Positions 16,666 to 25,574 of a stretch of DNA of 64,000 nucleotides are shown piece by piece (within the stretch, counting starts at the first letter, position 1; each line of letters starts with the position of its first letter). The position numbers and the translations under genes were made by a program. Origin of the DNA: a virus (lineage: Duplodnaviria; Caudoviricetes); the IMG/VR virus record IMGVR_UViG_3300050034_000334. The stretch is one strand, 5' to 3'. The notes under the pieces are model-generated. The model searched no databases. It saw nothing but the letters and a program-made list of their open reading frames with translations, and had not been told where the DNA came from.

Positions 16666-17628
16666 TTACAGACGGGCTGCGCTTCCTGCTCCGCTCTTCA
16701 CCAGTTCCCCGGTGGCCTTCGCGGACTTCGGAATCTTCGCCAGTGCTGCAGTGACCAGTTCCTTCGCGTCCTTCTTGCTGGTGCCCGAAGCGACCAAGTC
16801 ATGGATTGCCGTGTCTTCGTCCAGGTTCTGCTCGTTCAGACCGACCGTGGTCCCGATGAGCTCGCAGATCATGTTCGGGTGCTGGAGTTCCAGAACGAAC
16901 TCGTCGCCGAACAGCTGCTTGTACTGCTTGAGTGCATGGTCGTATCCCTGACGCGGCCAGATGATGTAGACCGTGTACAGCTTGCGCAGGTCTTCGATGA
17001 CCTCGGCAATGGGGATGTTCTTCTGGATTGTGTCGCCGAAGATGTCCTTGACTTCATGCTTGTCGACAAAGTCGAAGATCGGCTCGTCGCAGTACATGAA
17101 CAAGTAACCCTTCTTGCCGCGCTTCTCGAAGCAGTCCAGGACCGTCTTGTAGGCATAGGCATACATGATGAGATCGTAAGACTCTCCGTCATTGCCGCCG
17201 CCGTCGCCCACCAGCCAGATGTTGCGCAGGTGCTCGTCGATGCGAATATCGGATTCAAAGTCGGACATCTGGACTGACTTCCGGCCCTCGACCTTGTAAT
17301 CGTCGTTGGCAGCGAAAGAGACCTGAGGATCCTTGATGTACTTGGTGAGCAAGCCCATCAGCTTGTCGAGGACCTTCTGGGCTTCGCGTGCCCGGGAGAT
17401 GTTGGAGCCGGTCACGTCGAAACTGACCGCGATGGCGTTGGACTCGGGGTGCTCGGCGGAGTCGCGGCTCTCGAGCTTTCCGAACGGTTTGGTGTTGATG
17501 CGACGAGGATCCAGGTTGTCGTGAATTGAACTCGCGGATGCAGAGTAGGCAAAATCATCGACCTTGGCTGCAACCCTGGCTGTGCTCGTGGAACGATATA
17601 CGGTGCTATCCCAGCTGCCACCACCCAT
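16666..17628 (-). CDS. vWA-domain protein
   Basis: MGGGSW N-terminus, FDVTGSN MIDAS-like motif, GGGNDGESY. Confidence 0.75.
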   Translation of the reverse strand: MGGGSWDSTVYRSTSTARVAAKVDDFAYSASASSIHDNLDPRRINTKPFGKLESRDSAEHPESNAIAVSFDVTGSNISRAREAQKVLDKLMGLLTKYIKDPQVSFAANDDYKVEGRKSVQMSDFESDIRIDEHLRNIWLVGDGGGNDGESYDLIMYAYAYKTVLDCFEKRGKKGYLFMYCDEPIFDFVDKHEVKDIFGDTIQKNIPIAEVIEDLRKLYTVYIIWPRQGYDHALKQYKQLFGDEFVLELQHPNMICELIGTTVGLNEQNLDEDTAIHDLVASGTSKKDAKELVTAALAKIPKSAKATGELVKSGAGSAARL

Positions 17629-17644
17629 TGCGTGGTCTCCTTCT

Positions 17645-18793
17645 TTACTTCTGTTTGGCCGGTCCTCCCGGCACATTGAAGTCATGCCACTGCGGTGCTC
17701 CGTAGATGGCCTTCTGAATTCCCAAAAATTCCTGGAAATACTGCATTGTTTGAGCCGGTCTTTGCTTTGGATTCTTCTCTACCCACCGGCGAATAGAATC
17801 GGTTATTTCCTTGGGCACGGTCTTGTCGCACATTTCGAGCATTGTCATTGCGCCCATGTACAAATCCGTAGAATGATCCAACGGTTTCTTGGCCACAATC
17901 TCCGGAGCATACAGTCTTTGGTAAGCAGGAACCCAGGCCGACAAACGGGTGCGAGTCTTGTGTTCGATAGAGTAGCACCAATCCACTAGACGTATCGAGT
18001 GCTTGCGGATGTCGCGGGTCGTGCTTCCATCATTGTCCGGATAGAACATGATGTGACACGGAAGAACCGCTCCATGAATGACTCCCGATCGATACGTCCA
18101 GTCCAGTAGTACAACCATACGCTTCCACATCCAGACGATTGTTCGACCGTCAAGTCCCTGAGGCATCAGGTTGTGAACTTCATTCAGGTTCAGGTATCCA
18201 AGAAAGGCGTCCTGAATGTTGATGCGTCTCTTCAGAGTTCCTTCGGTCAGCAGGAAGCTGTCGAACACTTTGGGGATGCACTGTTGCCAGATCTTCCCAT
18301 CGTGAGTTTCCATCTTCTTGCGAACGATGTCAGTGTTGGTCCGTTCTGCCTTGAGGAAGTCATTGTCAGCGGAGTGGCGGCATGCCTTGATGAGAATCGG
18401 AGTCATGAAACCCTTCTCATAACCCCAATGGATGTCTGCCATGTCGCCGGCACACAAGGTTCTCTGCCGAACGTACTCTGCATATCCATTCTCAGTTTTG
18501 CCGACTATGGTAATCTGCTCTCGTCCGTGGATGGCAACCTTATGTCCCCACTTGCCTTCCTTGATGAGTTCCAAGGCTCGAGTGTACCAGGTGCCAATCA
18601 GGCTGAAGACCTCATCAGCGAGGGCCTTCTCAGTGGGATGCGTATCCGGATAGACGGCCTTGGCCAACATTTTGTAGTTGGTCTTGACGTGCCGAAGCAT
18701 GTCCTCTTCAGACCCTGTGAAGTTTCCAAAGATGTCCTCGTATGTAAGCGCAGAGTCGAGTGTAGACTTGATTATTTCTATTTCCGTGAGCAT
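17645..18793 (-). CDS. J-domain-like plus protein-kinase-fold (probable pseudokinase) protein
   Basis: YKMLAKAVYPD degenerate HPD; ILIK, HGAVLPCH catalytic loop and LVDWCY. Confidence 0.7.
   Translation of the reverse strand: MLTEIEIIKSTLDSALTYEDIFGNFTGSEEDMLRHVKTNYKMLAKAVYPDTHPTEKALADEVFSLIGTWYTRALELIKEGKWGHKVAIHGREQITIVGKTENGYAEYVRQRTLCAGDMADIHWGYEKGFMTPILIKACRHSADNDFLKAERTNTDIVRKKMETHDGKIWQQCIPKVFDSFLLTEGTLKRRINIQDAFLGYLNLNEVHNLMPQGLDGRTIVWMWKRMVVLLDWTYRSGVIHGAVLPCHIMFYPDNDGSTTRDIRKHSIRLVDWCYSIEHKTRTRLSAWVPAYQRLYAPEIVAKKPLDHSTDLYMGAMTMLEMCDKTVPKEITDSIRRWVEKNPKQRPAQTMQYFQEFLGIQKAIYGAPQWHDFNVPGGPAKQK
17777..17805 (-). promoter_or_regulatory. Internal phage promoter TAACCG-N17-GTAGAG upstream of the vWA gene
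   Basis: Exact motif inside the kinase CDS. Confidence 0.7.
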
Positions 18794-19050
18794 CCGGTCC
18801 TTTCAGAGAGTTGTCTGATACGGGCAACGAGAGAAAGCTGCTCGGTCGTGAGTTGTCTGATCTCTCTTTTTGGTAGAAGTGTGCTGAGTCTAGCAATACC
18901 AGGAATAGGAAGATCGTACCGGGCGAGAAGATCATTACGAGACGAGTTCACGTCATGAGTTTCAATCCAGTTCGCCCACATGGACAATGCTTGAGAGATC
19001 AACTCGTCGTCAGTCATGCTGTGGGGATCCAAAACTCCTCCGGATTGCAT
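18778..19050 (-). CDS. Hypothetical protein
   Basis: ORF track; start uncertain. Confidence 0.5.
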   Translation of the reverse strand: MQSGGVLDPHSMTDDELISQALSMWANWIETHDVNSSRNDLLARYDLPIPGIARLSTLLPKREIRQLTTEQLSLVARIRQLSERTGCSRK

Positions 19051-19240
19051 CCTTGTGATCGTTGAACCACTTCATTCTCTTCTTGTGATTGTTGAGAAGA
19101 CCTGATGAGGCTCCACATTTGCAGTAGGCTTTGCCATAGTAGACGCCACCATGGATCCCAGCCGGGTCAGCAAGAGTAGAAAATGCATGACCGGGTATCG
19201 CTGGATTCTTGATGACTCGAGGCTTCTTCCTACTTGCCAA
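19010..19240 (-). CDS. Small basic hypothetical protein
   Basis: ORF track; CKCG...WFNDH. Confidence 0.55.
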   Translation of the reverse strand: MASRKKPRVIKNPAIPGHAFSTLADPAGIHGGVYYGKAYCKCGASSGLLNNHKKRMKWFNDHKDAIRRSFGSPQHD

Positions 19241-19826
19241 GTTCTTTTCTCAACCTCTCAAACTCTGCTTCTTTGCGCTTGCGTTCACGTACCTGTTCAG
19301 CAAGGAGTGAGGCGTTCCTGTTGGCCTCAGTTTGCTCCTTCAACTTAGTGAAGAACTGCTTGCGCAGATCGTAGTCGCATGCCGTAGCAAGGGGGAGGGA
19401 GATGGAAACACCCTCTGCTCGATCTCCGTCATAGCTGTCCTTCTCACTTCCACGAAGATTCATGGATGAGGCCGGGTCACCAGCCAAGTCCCAGGAAAAC
19501 TCGTCAATGTACCGATGTCTGGCGGAGACTGCTTGTTGCCAGTCCTTCCGGATGTCGTCAAAGAAGCTGGTACTTTCGAGCCTTTCCTTGATGAAGCTGA
19601 GGATCCGAACCTGGTCAGTGATGTCAGGAATGAAATTCTCAAAGATTCCATCCAGGGTGTCGTAGCTCAGATCACCGGGAGGCAGGACGATTACTCGAGG
19701 AGGAATTGCTGCTCCCTCGGGCATCGGCACTGCAGGAGAATCCACTCCGAGGATAGTCTTGCCACCAACCGGACCATCTCCGGTCAGAGGATCCCATCCT
19801 TCATACACTCGCAGCATCTGACTCAT
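19230..19826 (-). CDS. Hypothetical protein
   Basis: ORF track, ATGA overlap. Confidence 0.6.
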   Translation of the reverse strand: MSQMLRVYEGWDPLTGDGPVGGKTILGVDSPAVPMPEGAAIPPRVIVLPPGDLSYDTLDGIFENFIPDITDQVRILSFIKERLESTSFFDDIRKDWQQAVSARHRYIDEFSWDLAGDPASSMNLRGSEKDSYDGDRAEGVSISLPLATACDYDLRKQFFTKLKEQTEANRNASLLAEQVRERKRKEAEFERLRKELGK

Positions 19827-20017
19827 GAAGCCACCAATTCAATTTCCTCGTACTCGACCGGGATGGTCCGTTCTCCATCCACCACGTGGTCCAACATCAC
19901 TACAGCTTCGTGCTCTGTCTGGTTGGAGTAGATCACAATTCCCAGGGCGTCCTTGAACGGGCAGTCTGCTATGATCTTGACTCGGCTGCCCTTGGTGAAG
20001 CTGGTGAAGCTGTACAT
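19823..20017 (-). CDS. Small KOW/SH3-like hypothetical protein
   Basis: FTKGSRVKIIADCPFKDALGIV pattern. Confidence 0.55.
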   Translation of the reverse strand: MYSFTSFTKGSRVKIIADCPFKDALGIVIYSNQTEHEAVVMLDHVVDGERTIPVEYEEIELVAS

Positions 20018-20030
20018 TTTGGCTCTCCGC

Positions 20031-20420
20031 TTAGTGCTTTGAGTCTACTTCTTCACTGACAGTAGCCACGTTAAACGTCACTTTGCGCGGCTTACCTTTT
20101 GGCCCTTTTCTGTCCATGCCGCAAATGAGGATGACCACCTGTGGATTGGACTTCATAACTTCGTAGTCCTTCCCAATTACCCAGTTGCCGTCGCATCCTC
20201 CTGCCCATCCTGTAAGGTCGCTCAGGGTATAACGCAGGTTGCCTATCGTGCCTTCGATAAACTGCATTCCAAAAGCTGTGTGGTAAGTCTTCTCGGCATC
20301 GGTGGCTTTGTGGATAGAACTGACATGCAATATCGCAGGAGCAGTTTCAGGCTGTTGAGCTGATGTGACCAAGGAGGTCAAAACGAGTGAGATAGCACCA
20401 AACAGAAATCGAATTTTCAT
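20031..20420 (-). CDS. Secreted hypothetical protein
   Basis: N-terminal signal peptide. Confidence 0.6.
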   Translation of the reverse strand: MKIRFLFGAISLVLTSLVTSAQQPETAPAILHVSSIHKATDAEKTYHTAFGMQFIEGTIGNLRYTLSDLTGWAGGCDGNWVIGKDYEVMKSNPQVVILICGMDRKGPKGKPRKVTFNVATVSEEVDSKH

Positions 20421-20457
20421 TTCCTGACTTCCTGTATCAGAGGTAGAGGCACGTCCT

Positions 20458-21249
20458 GTGATACAACTTTGTGAATATGGATGCGGTCAGATTGCCAAAT
20501 TCGTTACCAAGAACGGTCGACATCTCTGTGCGAATCCAAACGCTTGTCCTGCGAAGAAAACCAAGGTTGACAGAACCAATCTTCAGAGGTACGGGGTTCG
20601 ATTCCCCAACCAGTCCTCTACGGTGCTTGAAAGAGGAAAGGTTACTTCTCTTCTCAAGTATGGAGTTGAACATCCATTCCAGTCCGAACAGGTGCAACAA
20701 ACAGCAGCCAATACCAACATGAAGAAATACGGAGTTGCTAACGTCTTCGCTTCCAAGTCAGTCCAGGATAAGATCAAAACAACTAACCTAGAGAGACGTG
20801 GAGTTGCAAATCCAAGCCAGGATCCGTTCGTAGAAAAGAAGAGGACAGACACCATGTTCAGAAAGTATGGTGTCAAATACATCATGCAGCATCCCATGTA
20901 CTACCGCATAAGTCGAAAGAATGCATTGAAAGTTCAGCCTATCGAGGTAGATGGTAAACTCTTCACTGTTCACTCCAAAGAAGAGGGTAAGGTGCTGGTG
21001 GAACTCGTTGCCTCAGGATTCCGAGCCAGCGAACTTGAGACCGATCCTTCTAGGATGCCTCCCATTCTCTATACCAATCCAGAGACAGATAAGACATCCA
21101 GATATTTCCCTGACATTTTCGTGCCTCGCCTCAACTGGCTGATCGAAGTGAAGTGTAACTACACATTCACCAACAACAAAGAACTAAACTTGGCGAAGCG
21201 CAAGGCTTGCAAAGACCTGGGATTTCAGTACAACTTCATCATTCGTTAG
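20458..21249 (+). CDS. Putative free-standing homing endonuclease (xxKYGV repeats plus PD-(D/E)xK domain)
   Basis: Repeated TNxxKYGV units; YFPDIF...LIEVK; inserted antisense in a minus-strand operon. Confidence 0.7.
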   Translation: MIQLCEYGCGQIAKFVTKNGRHLCANPNACPAKKTKVDRTNLQRYGVRFPNQSSTVLERGKVTSLLKYGVEHPFQSEQVQQTAANTNMKKYGVANVFASKSVQDKIKTTNLERRGVANPSQDPFVEKKRTDTMFRKYGVKYIMQHPMYYRISRKNALKVQPIEVDGKLFTVHSKEEGKVLVELVASGFRASELETDPSRMPPILYTNPETDKTSRYFPDIFVPRLNWLIEVKCNYTFTNNKELNLAKRKACKDLGFQYNFIIR

Positions 21250-21282
21250 TCGACAACGTCCTCTAGTCGACAACGTCCTCTA
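21247..21282. repeat. Tandem 17-bp duplication TAGTCGACAACGTCCTC x2
   Basis: Duplicates the last codons (EDVVD-stop) of the ligase C-half at the endonuclease 3' end. Confidence 0.85.
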
Positions 21283-22300
21283 CTTCAAACACCGGAGTCG
21301 TCGCTTCATAAGAGATGTTGTGCTTCAAGAAAGTGGCACGAACCCAATCCTCGCCAACAGTCCTGACACCGTGCTTCGCAGCATCCTTTTGCTTGTTTGC
21401 GCCGGGAGCATTTCCAATAATGAGGACGTTGGTTTTCTTGCTGACACCGCTCTTCTTTGTAGCTCCAAGACTTTCCAGCTTCTTCTCAACCATTTCACGA
21501 GGCTGAGCTAGATCGCCGGTGATGCAGAAGGTCATCCCGTCCAGCGGCATTCCTGTCGTGTCGCGAACCATCTGGCTCTTGGGGCGGACACCCGCGTCGA
21601 ACAGATTCTTCACCAGATCCTTGTTGCCCTGATCGGAAGCCCAGGTGGTCAATGATGCCATCTTGCGTGGTCCAAACCCCTCAGTCCCCGCTGGAAGAGC
21701 AAGGAACTTGTCGCAAAGGGTTTCCATTGCATCGGCGTCAAGTTTCAGGACGTTCGCGAGAGTCTTGCCTAACGAGTGCCCGATCATCGGGATGCCCAGG
21801 GCGGCGATCCAACGATTCCAACCAGCGTTCTTTGCGGTCTGTACTGACTTGGCCATCTTCACCACGGCCACACCGGAAGTGAACCCGATCTTGTTGTGGA
21901 GGTTGGCAGCAACCTTGTCATCGCCATGCTTCTGGATGCTAGCGAAAACGTCATCCGCGAAGCAGACCAGGTCGGACATGTTGCGAACGTATCCTCTGGA
22001 CACCAGCTGGTCGGCCAACTCCGGTCCCAGTGCGTCGATTTCAAGAGTCTCGCGATCCGCGACCGCATACAGGTGATGGGCCAGGGTGCCGGGGCAAGAG
22101 GAGTTGCCGCATTCATGGGTTACGACCTTGGCATCGCTCTCGCTTTCGATTACCGCATGACCGCAGTCAGGGCAAACTGTAGGAGGCAGGATCTCGATTA
22201 ACTGAGACCTCTTGGCGGCATCGCGATGACCATCAATCGGACAATCTGAGCTAAAGTTGTCTTCTTTTCCAAATCCTCGATCGCAAGTGCACTCAATCAT
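21263..22300 (-). CDS. ligA: NAD-dependent DNA ligase, C-terminal piece (Zn finger, HhH, BRCT)
   Basis: CPDCG...CGNSSC, EIDALGP, ALGIPMIG, FCITGDL...SGVSKKTNVLIIG. Confidence 0.9.
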   Translation of the reverse strand: MIECTCDRGFGKEDNFSSDCPIDGHRDAAKRSQLIEILPPTVCPDCGHAVIESESDAKVVTHECGNSSCPGTLAHHLYAVADRETLEIDALGPELADQLVSRGYVRNMSDLVCFADDVFASIQKHGDDKVAANLHNKIGFTSGVAVVKMAKSVQTAKNAGWNRWIAALGIPMIGHSLGKTLANVLKLDADAMETLCDKFLALPAGTEGFGPRKMASLTTWASDQGNKDLVKNLFDAGVRPKSQMVRDTTGMPLDGMTFCITGDLAQPREMVEKKLESLGATKKSGVSKKTNVLIIGNAPGANKQKDAAKHGVRTVGEDWVRATFLKHNISYEATTPVFEVEDVVD

Positions 22301-22318
22301 TTTTCCCTTTCTTATTCT

Positions 22319-22347
22319 CTCTACGTCTAAATTTGCTAATTCGGTTA
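22319..22347 (-). promoter_or_regulatory. Phage promoter TAACCG-N17-GTAGAG for the ligase C-terminal piece
   Basis: Exact motif followed by AGAAAGGG RBS and ATG 22300. Confidence 0.8.
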
Positions 22348-22387
22348 AGATTTGACTTCCTATTCCTATGGTGAGGAGACGATTGGG

Positions 22388-23332
22388 ATGGGAAAGACCT
22401 GGAAGTGGAGCAAGCCAGAGGAGTACGTGGGAAATGACTTGTGTAACTATGGATGTGAACAGCTAGCTCATTGGAAGATGAAGAACGGAAGATTGTGTTG
22501 TAGTTCTCACAATTCTCAGTGTCCGATTGTTCGACATAACCGGCCTCAATCTCAGATGATGAAGAGTACTGAGGGGCAAAAGAAGCTACAAGATCAGAGG
22601 ATGATGAAAACAGGATTTGCAACTCCCTTTGAAGACCCTGCTTTTCTGAGTAGGTGTAATAGGATTGCTCATGACCGATATGGGGTTGAGAACGTGTTTC
22701 AAGCTGATGCAGTGAAGGCAAAAAGTAGAAGTACACTCGTACAACGCTATGGGAAATCAAACATCTCTCAAGTGTCTGGTATTCAAGAGAAGAAAAATGC
22801 TTCTTGCTTGAAGAACTACGGGGTCTTAAATCCTCAGCAGTCTCCAGAAGTAAAGCAAAAGGTACAGGCCACCTGTCTAAAAAGGTATGGGGTTCCTCAT
22901 CCGTTGCAAAACCTGGACATAGCTCGAAAGGTTCTAAACCATGGTTTCCAGAGAACGACCTACTACTTGCCGTCTGGGAAGTCAGTCGTTTTGTCAGGAT
23001 ACGAGCCATTTGTCCTAGATGAACTTCTGCTTCAAGGTTTCTCTGAAAGAGATTTCGATTTTGAACTCAATCTACCTGAAATTCGTTACTTGGCTTCTGA
23101 TGGCAAGATGAGAAGATACTATCCTGACTTTTACATTCCACGTCTCAACTGGATCATTGAAGTGAAGAGTATCTACACGTATTTCAAGGAAAGAAGGGAT
23201 GTCCTGGCAAAGATGAAGGCATGCAAAGATTTGGGATATGCCTACAACCTGCTCATTCGGGTAATCCATCCAAAACTCGTGTTACAACAGGTATTACGTC
23301 ACCCGAACGGATCACTTCGATCCGGCTGTTGA
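22388..23332 (+). CDS. Putative homing endonuclease (paralog of 20458-21249) splitting ligA
   Basis: xxxYGV repeats; YYPDFYIPRLNWIIEVK; antisense within ligA. Confidence 0.75.
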   Translation: MGKTWKWSKPEEYVGNDLCNYGCEQLAHWKMKNGRLCCSSHNSQCPIVRHNRPQSQMMKSTEGQKKLQDQRMMKTGFATPFEDPAFLSRCNRIAHDRYGVENVFQADAVKAKSRSTLVQRYGKSNISQVSGIQEKKNASCLKNYGVLNPQQSPEVKQKVQATCLKRYGVPHPLQNLDIARKVLNHGFQRTTYYLPSGKSVVLSGYEPFVLDELLLQGFSERDFDFELNLPEIRYLASDGKMRRYYPDFYIPRLNWIIEVKSIYTYFKERRDVLAKMKACKDLGYAYNLLIRVIHPKLVLQQVLRHPNGSLRSGC

Positions 23333-24872
23333 TCTTTAAGCCCAGATTTCGGATCCAGGTGATGTTGTTCAAGTTGACCCTTGTTATTGTAGCTCCAGCC
23401 AGTACAATGGGGTCTACAATTCCTACGGGAGTCAGCTTTCCGGTTCTTCCATTTGACCAAATCACTTCTCTCAAGTGAGTGATTCCTTTGGCGTTCTGCG
23501 GCTTGAAGCAGACCTGATAGTTGGTGGTGTTCGAACTCACACCCAGGCTGGAGCGAAGCTGGTGGCTATCCACCTTGATGACCACGCCGTCGGCGATGAT
23601 GTCGCTCTTCTCGTTTGCGGCCAGGATTTCGTCAACCTTTGGGATCACAAACGATTCACTGAAGACAACCTGACCCTCATACTTTGCAAATCCATAATTG
23701 AAGAGCATGAGCATCCGGCGATAGGAGGAATCGGGGAGTGATACATCCTGCTCGGGAGAGTAGGCATCCCAGGGGATGAACTGAATGTCGCGGCTGGCCA
23801 CAACGCTCAGGTCCTTCTGCTTCATGGTGCCGGCAGTAAGGTTGCGTGTGGACATGTAAGGCTTGCCACCCTTGGCAATCACTTCCGCATTGATGCGGTC
23901 GAGTTCGGTCTTGGACATGACCAGTTCGCCACGGACGTGAAGGTTGTCCACTTCCGGCTGGTTCATGTACGCTTCGATAACCTTGAGAGTAGATGGGACA
24001 TTCTTCAGTGCGCGGACCTGAGCGGTCATATCTTCGCCAGAGTCGCCATCGCCACGAGTCAGGGCCATCGTGAGTTCCAAAGGCTGACCGGGTGCGCTCA
24101 TGTGATAGCGAAGTTCGCAGCTGATGCCGTCGCGCTTGGGCTCGATAAGAGCCGTGAATCCGCCGGTGCACTTGTCGATGAAGAACTTGCGGATCTCATC
24201 CTTGGTGTAGAAGTTCTCGATGCTGAGCATCGGACGAACGTGAGCAACGCGACCGCTTGTGCTCTTCGTATCACCCACAACCTTGAGGATGGGAGCGTTT
24301 GGATCGAGTGCCTTGAGTTCGGCTTCTTTGGAATCGTACTCGGCATCCGTCATGGTGGGATTGCCAGTGTAATAAGCATCCCGTGCTTTGACGAGTAGAT
24401 CGTTAAGGTCTTGTGCTAAGCTCATAGTATTCTCTACCTCAAAAGTTGGAGGATCGGTTACTCCGGCGGTAATAACTGCTTCGACGGAAACTACTGGAGT
24501 GCCATCAGGATACTGATGTGGTTGTCTTCTTGTCCAAACATAATCCGAAGTGAAGAAGTAATCTTCATCCTCTAATTTGTCTAGCTCGCCGGCAATTTTC
24601 TCACCAAGAGCAGAAGGCTTTTCAGGAGGCAAGTGGTGACCTGACATTGGGCCAAGAGTTTCTGTCTCAACAGGACTGTAAGAGACTTCCCCAGCACACA
24701 CATTCACCAGCTGGGCATTCGTCTCCGATGTGGTGATTGCGGCTTCCACTTCCGCGAATGGGACCATCACGATCACTTCTGGGTTCTGGAGAACTTTCTC
24801 AGCATGTTGAGTTACGATCTGCTCGTTGGTTTCAGCAGAAGAGGTATTGGGGACAAACTTGACTTTGGTCAT
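23253..24872 (-). CDS. ligA: NAD-dependent DNA ligase, N-terminal piece (adenylation plus OB); likely true start 24425 (MSLAQ)
   Basis: DAYY...TDAEYD, EPKRDG, RGDG..GED, VRGE, DGVVIK, GDVIP; leaderless promoter at 24432-24460. Confidence 0.9.
   Translation of the reverse strand: MTKVKFVPNTSSAETNEQIVTQHAEKVLQNPEVIVMVPFAEVEAAITTSETNAQLVNVCAGEVSYSPVETETLGPMSGHHLPPEKPSALGEKIAGELDKLEDEDYFFTSDYVWTRRQPHQYPDGTPVVSVEAVITAGVTDPPTFEVENTMSLAQDLNDLLVKARDAYYTGNPTMTDAEYDSKEAELKALDPNAPILKVVGDTKSTSGRVAHVRPMLSIENFYTKDEIRKFFIDKCTGGFTALIEPKRDGISCELRYHMSAPGQPLELTMALTRGDGDSGEDMTAQVRALKNVPSTLKVIEAYMNQPEVDNLHVRGELVMSKTELDRINAEVIAKGGKPYMSTRNLTAGTMKQKDLSVVASRDIQFIPWDAYSPEQDVSLPDSSYRRMLMLFNYGFAKYEGQVVFSESFVIPKVDEILAANEKSDIIADGVVIKVDSHQLRSSLGVSSNTTNYQVCFKPQNAKGITHLREVIWSNGRTGKLTPVGIVDPIVLAGATITRVNLNNITWIRNLGLKINSRIEVIRSGDVIPVVTRVLDGLPE
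24432..24460 (-). promoter_or_regulatory. Phage promoter TAACCG-N17-GTAGAG; leaderless ligA N-piece
   Basis: Exact motif, ATG 6 nt downstream at 24425. Confidence 0.8.
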
Positions 24873-25153
24873 CGTCTCCCTCTCGTGATCGAGTCTCTTC
24901 GATACTGCCCTTCTGGCACCGCACCATTCTCGATTCCGACTGACATTATCTCCTCATCGCTGAGAAGTTTCAGGATGATTCCCAACTTGTCATCGAACTT
25001 GATGGCGATGTTGTTTCCTGCCATCTGTTCAATCTCTTTGGGCGATATTGTGATGTCCTTGACGCCCATCTTCATCATCAGCAGAGCGCAGACCTTGTGC
25101 CAGTGATCATGCACTCCCTTGGTGGTGGGATGTTCAGGATTCATTTCCAACAT
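24869..25153 (-). CDS. Hypothetical protein
   Basis: ORF track, GGAG RBS. Confidence 0.6.
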   Translation of the reverse strand: MLEMNPEHPTTKGVHDHWHKVCALLMMKMGVKDITISPKEIEQMAGNNIAIKFDDKLGIILKLLSDEEIMSVGIENGAVPEGQYRRDSITRGRR

Positions 25154-25162
25154 GGTCTACTC

Positions 25163-25402
25163 CTACTTGGGATTCTTCCACCCAGGTTGACTTCTGATCT
25201 CGAGGATTTCTTCGATGGTGAGCGTGTTGGCCTCCAACCTTTCAATCCAGCCCTTTTGGGCACAATAGGCACGGTTGAAAGCATCCCTCTTCTTAAAGAA
25301 CTCCAGCATCTCAGGATCACCAAATACCTGAAATCCGGTTGAAAGGACAACATTGGTACGCTCGAAGCTGGTAGAACCAGGTTCAGCGTCGTGAATATCC
25401 AC
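25163..25402 (-). CDS. Hypothetical protein
   Basis: ORF track. Confidence 0.55.
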   Translation of the reverse strand: MDIHDAEPGSTSFERTNVVLSTGFQVFGDPEMLEFFKKRDAFNRAYCAQKGWIERLEANTLTIEEILEIRSQPGWKNPK

Positions 25403-25572
25403 TATTTCGTCCTCGCTTTCGTGCAGTTGGGCTCATGCTCTTGACGGCAGTCATGTCGGTTGCAAACAAAGACTGTCGTACCCTTGTCGATGGTGCAGTC
25501 TGAACAAGCCCAGCAAGTTTGAGCTCGACAGACGACGCAAGGTCCATACTTGTATTCTTCTTCAGCGATCAC
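25402..25572 (-). CDS. Cys-rich 56-aa protein (below track cutoff)
   Basis: MIAEEEYKYGPCVVCRAQTCWACSDC...VCNRHDCRQEHEPNC; fills the gap exactly. Confidence 0.55.
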   Translation of the reverse strand: MIAEEEYKYGPCVVCRAQTCWACSDCTIDKGTTVFVCNRHDCRQEHEPNCTKARTK

Positions 25573-25574
25573 AC

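Noticed and set aside
21247-21282. Stop-codon (TAG) reassignment suggested by EDVVD-TAG-EDVVD-TAA
   Set aside because: Many genes end normally in TAG and conserved genes have no internal TAG; a simple duplication explains it.
20580-22900. CRISPR-like repeats
   Set aside because: The periodicity is protein-level (xxKYGV) with no identical DNA repeats or spacers; no CRISPR array was found in the window.
22223-23270. Group I intron in ligA
   Set aside because: A formal U/G in-frame join exists, but the insert is filled by an antisense ORF and a promoter, with no room for or sign of a catalytic core.
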